Source of the DNA: a virus
Virus record (IMG/VR): IMGVR_UViG_3300045988_097468
Direction: 5' to 3' (one strand)
Length of the DNA: 35,924 bases
The notes under the pieces were generated by a model. That model did not search any database and was not told the origin of the DNA. It saw nothing but the letters and a program-made list of their open reading frames with translations. Both the position numbers and the translations under genes were made by a program. Of this stretch, positions 14,090-20,739 are shown piece by piece (within the stretch, counting starts at the first letter, position 1; each line of letters starts with the position of its first letter).

Positions 14090-14806
14090 TTACTCAAGCC
14101 AGCCATTTCCCAAATAGTAGAATCCGTACACCAGGGCGATTGTCGCTATAATCCAAATGATCCAAAATATCACAGTTCCAACACCTGACTCCAGATAGTC
14201 GATTGTCTCTTCTATGTTTGAGCCATTGAAGAATCTGCTGTTATCTGAAATTGTGCCGTTCATAAGCTTTGTATAAATCGTTCCTGTATAGCTCGTACCT
14301 ATACCGTAGTAGTTGTATCTCACGTAATATGATTCATTTACCGTGTTGATGTATTTCTTTGAGGGGAGCGCAACCTTATTTGAGGGGAATTTCACTCCAC
14401 AAAAGGTTATTTCTTTACACTTGATATCCTCACTGCTCACGGCATCCCACGACCAGTATGTTTGTGTTGTGGTATGTGTTCGCCCATTGCCGTCAACGGT
14501 CGTTACTGTCCGTGTATGCTGTGTGTAAATTTCCTTGACCTTTTTCACATACATATATTCCCCGCCAAGCTCCGGGTATGTAACTGTATCAACTGCTTTA
14601 AGCTCTCCATATACAAATGCATTACCAACGTTGGTGTCCATGCCGTATTGAAGCAGCTCCTGGCTATTTATTTTGACCGCTTTGTTGTACTTCTCATTCT
14701 TGTCCATCTCATGCTCCGATATCTTGCCAGAGATCAGAAATCCTACTGCGATCATCACGGCAACTATAGATATGCTGACCAGTATTTCTCTTTTTGTTAT
14801 TTCCAT
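14090..14806 (-). CDS. Two-pass membrane protein with a beta-rich central domain of about 190 aa, partner of LemA
   Basis: 238 aa with an N-terminal TM (ILVSISIVAVMIAVGFLISG) and a C-terminal TM (VGTVIFWIIWIIATIALVYGFYYLG). It starts 3 nt after the LemA stop. Confidence 0.65.
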   Translation of the reverse strand: MEITKREILVSISIVAVMIAVGFLISGKISEHEMDKNEKYNKAVKINSQELLQYGMDTNVGNAFVYGELKAVDTVTYPELGGEYMYVKKVKEIYTQHTRTVTTVDGNGRTHTTTQTYWSWDAVSSEDIKCKEITFCGVKFPSNKVALPSKKYINTVNESYYVRYNYYGIGTSYTGTIYTKLMNGTISDNSRFFNGSNIEETIDYLESGVGTVIFWIIWIIATIALVYGFYYLGNGWLE

Positions 14807-14809
14807 GCG

Positions 14810-15364
14810 TTACCTCTCTTTAAACAGATCCTGCGGAGCATCCACAGGTGCGCTGTAGTTGAGGTATTCATATTCCTGTGATTTATAGCCCAGCATTCCA
14901 AGGAATACCCGGGTCGGGAACTTTCTCACATATCTTTTGTATTCTTTTACCTGTTTGTTATAGTTGCTTCGGTATTCAGCTATCAGATTCTCAGTCATTG
15001 ACAGTTCGTTCATCAATGTCTTGTAGTTCTCATTTGACTTCAACTCCGGATACGCCTCGGCTACCGCCGTGATGGCTGTAGTAACATTTTCAATGTCTCC
15101 TGCGGAATTTTCCCGCCCATCCACTATAGCTTTGAGCGTCTCTGATTCATGCGTGTCGTACTGTTTCACGCAGTCTGCAAGATTGTATACAAGGTCAACC
15201 CTTCGCTTTTCCTGGACTTTTATATCTGATGATGCCGTATTCACCTGCTCCTCCAAGGCTATCGCCCTGTTCTGTGAGCTCTGAATACCAAGCACTACCA
15301 TGACCACTACTGCTATCACTCCGGTGCCGATTATTATCGGTAATTTCCATTTTGTGTTTTCCAT
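14810..15364 (-). CDS. lemA: LemA family protein
   Basis: 184 aa with an N-terminal TM. Helical body motifs are QVNTASSDIKVQEKRRVDLVYNL…, …AYPELKSNENY… and …YNKQVKEYKRYVRKFPTRVF…, typical of LemA. Confidence 0.8.
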   Translation of the reverse strand: MENTKWKLPIIIGTGVIAVVVMVVLGIQSSQNRAIALEEQVNTASSDIKVQEKRRVDLVYNLADCVKQYDTHESETLKAIVDGRENSAGDIENVTTAITAVAEAYPELKSNENYKTLMNELSMTENLIAEYRSNYNKQVKEYKRYVRKFPTRVFLGMLGYKSQEYEYLNYSAPVDAPQDLFKER

Positions 15365-15436
15365 CTTTTCTCTCCTTTGAATTCTTGTGTTATACTTCCC
15401 TTACAGGCTCCCGCCAGAGCCAAATTCTGCACCATT

Positions 15437-15598
15437 CTATTTTGTGTACCAATATATGAACATCGTATAAATCACGCATATCGTTATGACATACGGCGGA
15501 TACCATTTTTTACTTCTATCCAGCTTTCTCATAACGGCTATTGCAATCGCAGATGTGATATATACTATTGCTGTCGCCAATTCTATAGTTGGTGTCAT
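15437..15598 (-). CDS. Small two-pass membrane protein (53 aa)
   Basis: Start MTPTIELATAIVY… (ATG 15598) has AGGAGAGAG 4 nt upstream. Two hydrophobic helices. Confidence 0.55.
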   Translation of the reverse strand: MTPTIELATAIVYITSAIAIAVMRKLDRSKKWYPPYVITICVIYTMFIYWYTK

Positions 15599-15611
15599 TG
15601 AACTCTCTCCT

Positions 15612-15815
15612 CTACTGAGTGATCTGTTTAATAGTCCGACCAATTTCCTCCGGGTCTATGACCACATCTTTGTTATAGTGAACATGTGATTCAGCTACCG
15701 TCCTGGCCTGCACCAAGCTCGCCAGGGCGGCTATAGTCTCCGCCGATGCTCCGTTGTCCATTATCGAGTCCTCTATGTATTCAATTGTTTCGTCTAACTT
15801 CTCCATGTTGAACAT
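15612..15815 (-). CDS. Hypothetical protein (start refined to MFNMEKL…)
   Basis: AAGGAG lies 7 nt upstream of ATG 15815. Confidence 0.55.
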   Translation of the reverse strand: MFNMEKLDETIEYIEDSIMDNGASAETIAALASLVQARTVAESHVHYNKDVVIDPEEIGRTIKQITQ

Positions 15816-15832
15816 TCTCATTCTCCTTTCCA

Positions 15833-16036
15833 CTATTTAAGAAGGGCGCTCAGATCTTCAGTAAGCACTAACCGATTCTCTATATCTGCAATGACGCGCT
15901 GGACTTCGTCCTGTGCGTTGTTGCCGATCATCTCAAGCTGTTTCACTGTGAATCCCTTTGATGGCAGCGTCTTTATGAATTTTCTGAACTCATCGAGAGC
16001 TGCATTTCTCTGTGTTTCCCACTCTTTGTATTCCAA
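15833..16036 (-). CDS. Hypothetical protein (TTG start)
   Basis: 67 aa. GGAGGTGA lies 7 nt upstream of TTG 16036. It is the first gene after cro. Confidence 0.55.
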   Translation of the reverse strand: MEYKEWETQRNAALDEFRKFIKTLPSKGFTVKQLEMIGNNAQDEVQRVIADIENRLVLTEDLSALLK

Positions 16037-16074
16037 TTACTTCTCACCTCCGTTGTTCTAACCCCCTGCTCGCA

Positions 16075-16284
16075 TTATGCGAGTATGTGTTTAAAAAAAA
16101 TATCCTGCACTGTTGTGTTGTAGTAAGTTGCTATTTTTATCTTTATTTCATCGGTTGGTATTCTTTTGCCCGTCTCGTACATTGCATATGTAGACTGGCT
16201 TATACCTAACGCTTTCGCAACATCTACCTGCGTTTTATCGCCCCTAAGACTTATTAGCCTCTTTGCGATGACTTCCTTATCCAC
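16075..16284 (-). CDS. Cro-like XRE-family HTH regulator
   Basis: 69 aa. QVDVAKALGISQSTYAMYETGKRIP is a classic XRE HTH. It is divergent from the repressor gene and uses a GTG start. Confidence 0.85.
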   Translation of the reverse strand: MDKEVIAKRLISLRGDKTQVDVAKALGISQSTYAMYETGKRIPTDEIKIKIATYYNTTVQDIFFKHILA

Positions 16285-16312
16285 TTGTCATCCCCCTTTC
16301 TATGTTTGTATT

Positions 16313-16411
16313 ATCGCTTTATGCGATTTTGTGAGTTTATAATATCGCTTTTTGCGAGTATTGTCAATCACTTTTTGCGATATTTTTCTTGACTTTATCG
16401 CATAATGTGAT
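16313..16411. promoter_or_regulatory. Genetic-switch operators: four ATCGC-N5-GCGAT-type palindromes (16313-16327, 16344-16358, 16367-16381, 16397-16411), plus a fifth at 16069-16083
   Basis: The sites read ATCGCTTTATGCGAT, ATCGCTTTTTGCGAG, ATCACTTTTTGCGAT and ATCGCATAATGTGAT, with CTCGCATTATGCGAG at the cro stop. Confidence 0.7.
16339..16367 (-). promoter_or_regulatory. Early (cro-side) promoter: TTGACA, 17 nt, TATTAT
   Basis: The -35 is at 16367..16362 and the -10 at 16344..16339 on the minus strand. Operators overlap both elements. Confidence 0.55.
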
Positions 16412-16416
16412 ATTCT
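16389..16416 (+). promoter_or_regulatory. Repressor-side promoter: TTGACT, 16 nt, TATTCT
   Basis: The -35 is at 16389..16394 and the -10 at 16411..16416. An operator occupies the spacer. Confidence 0.45.
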
Positions 16417-16438
16417 GATGATATGAGGAGGTGATAAG

Positions 16439-17092
16439 ATGGCTGAAATAAAAGATATACTAAAAAAATTGCGTGCTGAGAAGAATATGAGTCAAGCAAC
16501 TCTTGCAAGCGAATTAAATGCCGGAGTGAGCACTGTAGCATCTTGGGAAGTTGGTAAACGATTTCCTAGTAGAGATAATATGGAGCAATTAGCCGATATA
16601 TTTAATGTTGATTTGGCTTATTTATATGGAGAGTCTGAAGTTCGTCAACGTGTTCATATAGATAATGATGGTAACGCAATGGTGCCATTAGGTGCATCTG
16701 CAAAGGTTATTCCTGTACTTGGTCGTGTAGCTGCCGGTATTCCGATCAATGCGGTAACTGAAATCATAGACACCGAGGAAATATCCGAGGACATGGCAAA
16801 GACTGGTGACTTCTTCGCTCTGCAGATCAAAGGCGATAGCATGGAGCCTAAGATCAGCAACGGAGATGTTGTTATAGTAAGGCAACAGGATGACGCTGAG
16901 ACCGGCGACACTGTTATCGCTCTTGTGAACGGTGATGATGCCGTCTGCAAGCGACTCAGGAAATACAAGGAAGGTCTTGAGCTTATATCTACTAACCCAA
17001 GCTATGCCCCACTTTACTTTGATGAAGAGACAGTCAAGAGTAAGCCTGTAAGAATCATTGGTAAGGTCGTGGAGCTGAGGGCAAAATTTTAG
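16439..17092 (+). CDS. CI/LexA-like repressor (XRE HTH plus S24 autopeptidase)
   Basis: N-terminal HTH MSQATLASELNAGVSTVASWEVGKRFP, a RVAA-GIP Ala-Gly cleavage site (A99-G100), the GDSMEP Ser nucleophile (S134) and the CKRL Lys (K171). Confidence 0.9.
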   Translation: MAEIKDILKKLRAEKNMSQATLASELNAGVSTVASWEVGKRFPSRDNMEQLADIFNVDLAYLYGESEVRQRVHIDNDGNAMVPLGASAKVIPVLGRVAAGIPINAVTEIIDTEEISEDMAKTGDFFALQIKGDSMEPKISNGDVVIVRQQDDAETGDTVIALVNGDDAVCKRLRKYKEGLELISTNPSYAPLYFDEETVKSKPVRIIGKVVELRAKF

Positions 17093-17104
17093 GAGGGGAT
17101 TATT

Positions 17105-18064
17105 ATGTATGATTTTATGTACAAAAAGAAAAGTTATTTAAAAAGAGCCTTGAAAGGTAAAACCACTTTATTTGGTGCATTGGCTTTCGCATCTTATATA
17201 GCATTTTTTGTAGCATTTTGGAATGTTTCGTTATGGTTGTTGCTGTTTTTTATCCTTGCTATCGTATTCACGTGCATGTATCTTCACGGCAAGTGGGTAT
17301 TAAAGCACGGAACCCCGATACTGCCATCATCGAATCCCGTTCCGCCATTTGTGGCACCGTCCGCCATGCCTGCAGCAATGACATATGCACAGCCGCAAAT
17401 GCCAGCTCCTGCACCATCGCAGATCATGCAGGAACCTCAGAGAGTTCAAACTCCTGTGATTCCAGATCCTCAAACCACTCAACCGCTGCCATCTACTGAA
17501 CACAAGATATCAGAACCTCAGGTTCAAGTGTCTGAAGTTGTGGAGCCTCAAGTTATTGAGTCTCAAGTTCAAGCCGATGCAACCGATTCTGTGAATGAGC
17601 CCGAGAAAACTGGCTTTGTAATGCCTGACTATGATGATGACTACGATTTTAAAGTTTCTGGAACCAGTTTTAGAAAGGAGAATATTTACGATATTCTTAG
17701 CGAAAGCTATTTTTGGGATATGACCAAAGGTGAACTCGTTGAGTTGGGTATGACAGATGAACCTATCTATAAATATGAAAACGGCGGCGGCGAGGCAAAA
17801 TTAATTCCCGAGCCAGATAATCAATACGACCCCGATGCCATCGCTGTTTATGTGGATGACACACATGTTGGATATGTTCCATCCAAGAAGTGTGCAAAAG
17901 TAAAACGTCTTTTGGATTCTGGCACTATTGTATATGCCTTTGCCGAAATATACGGAGGTCCATTTAAGATCATACGTGAGAATGATGACGGTAAATATAC
18001 TATATCAAAAAAAGATCATGATTTTGGTGTTCAGGTTACTTTATACATAAAGAATAAGGAATAA
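17105..18064 (+). CDS. Membrane-anchored HIRAN-domain protein
   Basis: 319 aa. It has a basic N-terminus, two TM helices (about residues 22-62) and a Pro/Gln-rich linker of about 120 aa with EPQV repeats. The C-terminal domain carries …LIPEPDNQYDPDAIAVYVDDTHVGYVPSKK…, the HIRAN signature. Confidence 0.7.
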   Translation: MYDFMYKKKSYLKRALKGKTTLFGALAFASYIAFFVAFWNVSLWLLLFFILAIVFTCMYLHGKWVLKHGTPILPSSNPVPPFVAPSAMPAAMTYAQPQMPAPAPSQIMQEPQRVQTPVIPDPQTTQPLPSTEHKISEPQVQVSEVVEPQVIESQVQADATDSVNEPEKTGFVMPDYDDDYDFKVSGTSFRKENIYDILSESYFWDMTKGELVELGMTDEPIYKYENGGGEAKLIPEPDNQYDPDAIAVYVDDTHVGYVPSKKCAKVKRLLDSGTIVYAFAEIYGGPFKIIRENDDGKYTISKKDHDFGVQVTLYIKNKE

Positions 18065-18082
18065 ATAATATGCCACGAGCCA

Positions 18083-18193
18083 ATGATGTTCACTGAGGAA
18101 GAGGTAGCAACTAACCCGGTGAGGATCATTGGAAAGGTTGTGGAGCTGAGAGGAAAGCTCAAAAAATGCGTATTATGCGCATATTTCTCTTGA
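18083..18193 (+). pseudogene. Relic 3' end of a second, diverged S24 repressor gene
   Basis: It encodes MMFTEEEVATNPVRIIGKVVELRGKL…, compared with the repressor C-terminus YFDEETVKSKPVRIIGKVVELRAKF. In the PVRIIGKVVELR block every nucleotide difference is synonymous. Confidence 0.7.
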
Positions 18194-18218
18194 CTTTTAT
18201 ACGCATAGTGCGTATAAT
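18190..18218 (+). promoter_or_regulatory. hicAB promoter TTGACT, 17 nt, TATAAT, with palindromic operator TACGCATAGTGCGTA (18200-18214)
   Basis: Near-consensus -35/-10 hexamers read directly. The perfect 15-bp palindrome spans the spacer and -10. An imperfect copy TGCGTATTATGCGCA lies at 18167-18181. Confidence 0.65.
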
Positions 18219-18239
18219 ATAATCATAAGGAGGTAAGAA

Positions 18240-18422
18240 ATGACAGTCAGAGAACTTGAAAAACTTCTTCTCCAAGATGGTTGGATTGCAGTCAAGCAGG
18301 TTGGCTCACACAGGCAGTACAAACACCCTAACAAACCTGGTAAGGTTACAGTTCCAATACATAAAGGTGATGTAAGCAAAGGAACAGCAAATTCAATATT
18401 GAAACAGGCAGGGCTTAAATAA
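18240..18422 (+). CDS. hicA: HicA mRNA-interferase toxin
   Basis: 60 aa. LEKLLLQDGWIAVKQVGSHRQYKHPNKPGKVTVPIH…GTANSILKQAGL is a typical HicA. AAGGAGG RBS. Confidence 0.9.
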   Translation: MTVRELEKLLLQDGWIAVKQVGSHRQYKHPNKPGKVTVPIHKGDVSKGTANSILKQAGLK

Positions 18423-18456
18423 GCCCTGCTGGTTACACATAGAAAGGGGTTTTATT

Positions 18457-18852
18457 ATGAAGTTAGTATATAAAGCAATATTTACACCATTTGAAGATGG
18501 TGAGGGTTATACCGTTGAGGTGCCAGATCTTCCGGGATGTGTTACCGAGGGAGATAGTCTTGCTGAGGCTATTGAAATGGGACAGGATGCCGCATCTGGC
18601 TGGATCCTCGGAGAACTTGAAGATGGTCATAGTTTCCCACGTCCAAGTGATCCATCATCTATTACCATTCCTGAAGGATCATTTGCCAATTTTCTTGTAT
18701 TAGATATTGATGCCTATTCAGAACGATATGGAAGTAAGTCCATTCGCAAGAATATAACTATTCCGGCATGGCTCAATACCTACGGCGAAAAGAATAATGT
18801 AAACTTTTCTAAAGTGCTTACAGATGCCCTGTTAAAACAGGCATCTAACTAG
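18457..18852 (+). CDS. hicB: HicB antitoxin
   Basis: 131 aa. FTPFEDGEGYTVEVPDLPGCVTEGDSLAEAIEMGQDA matches the HicB N-domain. The C-terminal …KNITIPAWLNTYGEKNNVNFSKVLTDALL looks like an RHH DNA-binding segment. Confidence 0.85.
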   Translation: MKLVYKAIFTPFEDGEGYTVEVPDLPGCVTEGDSLAEAIEMGQDAASGWILGELEDGHSFPRPSDPSSITIPEGSFANFLVLDIDAYSERYGSKSIRKNITIPAWLNTYGEKNNVNFSKVLTDALLKQASN

Positions 18853-18905
18853 ATTGCGTCGGAGCTCTCAGGTGCCTATGGATCCTTAAGCATGGACAGT
18901 ACGAT

Positions 18906-18996
18906 ATGAGTCGGTGACAAATTGTCACCAACTAGGGTGCAATTTGTACCCGTGTTCAACGCTGGCCGGTGATGAATCGGTGACAAATTGTCACCA
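18906..18996. promoter_or_regulatory. Cluster of three 17-bp palindromes upstream of int
   Basis: GGTGACAA-A-TTGTCACC occurs at 18913-18929 and 18979-18995, each inside a 25-bp direct repeat ATGA(G/A)TCGGTGACAAATTGTCACCA. GGGTGCAA-T-TTGTACCC lies at 18935-18951. Confidence 0.55.
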
Positions 18997-19001
18997 GTTC
19001 A

Positions 19002-19046
19002 AAATTAAATAAAAAAAATCCTCCAGGTGCTACCAACACCCGGAGG
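19002..19046 (-). terminator. Minus-strand rho-independent terminator between hicB and int
   Basis: CCTCCAGGTG and CACCCGGAGG form a 10-bp stem with one mismatch and a 7-nt loop. In minus sense it is followed by ATTTTTTTTATTTAATTTT. Confidence 0.55.
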
Positions 19047-19166
19047 ACAAGTTACCCACAAACTAGGCTTATGAATAACCGTAAATCGCAATATGATTAT
19101 ATCATAAGCCTTCGGATTTTAACAGGGCTTATTTTTTATGCCCTTTTTTAGGAAGGATGATGAAGT

Positions 19167-20264
19167 ATGAGGAATGCGAACGGTTTCGGATCCGTTTACA
19201 AATTGTCTGGCAAACGACGCAAGCCGTGGGCAGCCCGCAAGACTGTCGGCTGGACATTTGATGAAGAACGAGGAAAATCATATCCTATCTACAGCTTTAT
19301 TGGCTACTACGAGACAAGAGCGCAAGCTCTGACTGCTCTGGTCGAATATAATAAGGATCCCTATGATCTACACCACGATACTATCACCTTTGCCGAGGTC
19401 TATGATAAGTGGTCTGATATACACTTCGAGAACGTAAGCAAGTCAAACATCAATGGATATAAGGCGGCTTATGCATTGTGTGATGATATCAAGGATATGC
19501 CAATGCGTCAGATAAAGCTGGATCACCTGCAGAAGGTTGTTGATAAAAGCGGTAAAAATACACCTACCTTGAAAAAATTGAAAATCTTATTTGGACTTGT
19601 GTATGACTACGCTGTGATCCATGAGATTGTGCCACAGGATAAAAGGGATATGGTCAGGTATGTCGATATATCTAAGCCAGGAAACCCGAACTCTATCAAA
19701 CGAACGCCATTCACGAAACGCGAAATAACGACCCTCTGGAGCCTGTACAAGTCCAACTACTATTTATCTGTTGTATTGATCCTTATATACACAGGGGTGC
19801 GTATAAGCGAGCTCCTGGAGCTTAAGAAAGAAGATATACACATGGGTGAACGATGGTTCTATGTTGGCAAGTCCAAGACCGATGCGGGAATCAGGGAGGT
19901 TCCAATCGCAGACAAAATATACCCTTTATTCGAGTATTGGATGGCCAAAGATTGTGACAACCTTATCTGTACCCCTGACGAAGAGCCTTTTACTTATCAG
20001 AACTATTATGACTCCTACTGGATTCCTCTCATGATTCAGCTCGGCTTTGGGAAATTTATCGTTGTTGAAGGGAAAAAGGATCCAGTATATGAGGGTCATA
20101 GACCGCATGATGCAAGGCACACATGCGTATCCCTCTTAACCGCCGCCGGAGTCGATGAACGAATCGTAAGGTCGATAGTCGGACATAAGGGCCAGGGAGT
20201 CACAGAAACCGTATATACACACATTGAACTGCCACTTAAGTTGGAGGCGATAAATAAGATATGA
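19167..20264 (+). CDS. int: Tyrosine recombinase / phage integrase
   Basis: 365 aa. It has an N-terminal SAM-like domain, then GVRISELLEL (Arg), HDARHTCVSLL (HxxR) and GHKGQGVTETVYTH (catalytic Tyr). Confidence 0.9.
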   Translation: MRNANGFGSVYKLSGKRRKPWAARKTVGWTFDEERGKSYPIYSFIGYYETRAQALTALVEYNKDPYDLHHDTITFAEVYDKWSDIHFENVSKSNINGYKAAYALCDDIKDMPMRQIKLDHLQKVVDKSGKNTPTLKKLKILFGLVYDYAVIHEIVPQDKRDMVRYVDISKPGNPNSIKRTPFTKREITTLWSLYKSNYYLSVVLILIYTGVRISELLELKKEDIHMGERWFYVGKSKTDAGIREVPIADKIYPLFEYWMAKDCDNLICTPDEEPFTYQNYYDSYWIPLMIQLGFGKFIVVEGKKDPVYEGHRPHDARHTCVSLLTAAGVDERIVRSIVGHKGQGVTETVYTHIELPLKLEAINKI

Positions 20265-20620
20265 GTAGATCAAAATACATCAACACCTATGTAAAAAATA
20301 AATACGACAGAATAACCCTCCAAGTCCCTAAGGGCACCAAGGAGGAATGGAAAGCCCTGGCCGCTGATAATGGTCTGAGTTTGAATGAATATATCTGTCG
20401 CTTGGTAGCCGGTAATCAAGTGGAGATCTTTGACAGAATGCAGATTGCTGATAAGTACAGAAGAATGATCAGAACGCTTACCGGCAACACGAAGGATGGC
20501 TACACAGTCACGCTCAAGGATGGTTTTGTATATGAAGATGGCACCTCACAGTTCTGGTCTAAGTCCAAACCTGAGTTACGCAAGAATATTAAAAAGTGTT
20601 ATGCACATAACACCTTGTAG
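20261..20620 (+). CDS. RHH (Arc/CopG-like) domain protein translationally coupled to integrase
   Basis: ATGA overlap with the int stop. The N-terminus YDRITLQVPKGTKEEWKALAADNGLSLNEYICRLV fits a strand-helix-helix pattern. The C-terminal 70 aa are unknown. Confidence 0.55.
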   Translation: MSRSKYINTYVKNKYDRITLQVPKGTKEEWKALAADNGLSLNEYICRLVAGNQVEIFDRMQIADKYRRMIRTLTGNTKDGYTVTLKDGFVYEDGTSQFWSKSKPELRKNIKKCYAHNTL

Positions 20621-20621
20621 A

Positions 20622-20654
20622 GTGTTACTAGTGTGTTTCTAGTGTGTTACTAGT
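20622..20654. repeat. Three tandem 11-bp repeats GTGTTACTAGT / GTGTTTCTAGT / GTGTTACTAGT (putative integrase arm sites); a further copy TGTTTCTAGT lies at 20817-20826
   Basis: Read directly. They lie in the 273-bp non-coding region between the int operon and the endolysin gene, where attP is expected. Confidence 0.55.
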
Positions 20655-20708
20655 AGCGAAAAAATAGGGTATTCCTGGGTGGTTTTTGCGCCGGCGCAAA
20701 ATAAAGAA

Positions 20709-20739
20709 AACCCGCAGAAGCACTTGATTTCTGCGGGTT
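20709..20739 (-). terminator. Late-operon terminator (partly bidirectional)
   Basis: AACCCGCAGAA and TTCTGCGGGTT form an 11-bp stem with a 9-nt loop. In minus sense it is followed by TTTCTTTATTTT. It lies between convergent operons. Confidence 0.7.

Noticed and set aside
19085-19100. ATCGCAATATGATTA upstream of int as a sixth repressor operator
   Set aside because: Only the ATCGC half-site matches. The second half (GATTA) does not fit GCGAT/GTGAT at N5 spacing.
20622-20654. Short tandem repeats that might hint at a CRISPR array
   Set aside because: These are three contiguous 11-bp units with no spacers. No repeat-spacer periodicity occurs anywhere in the window. They are interpreted as integrase arm sites.
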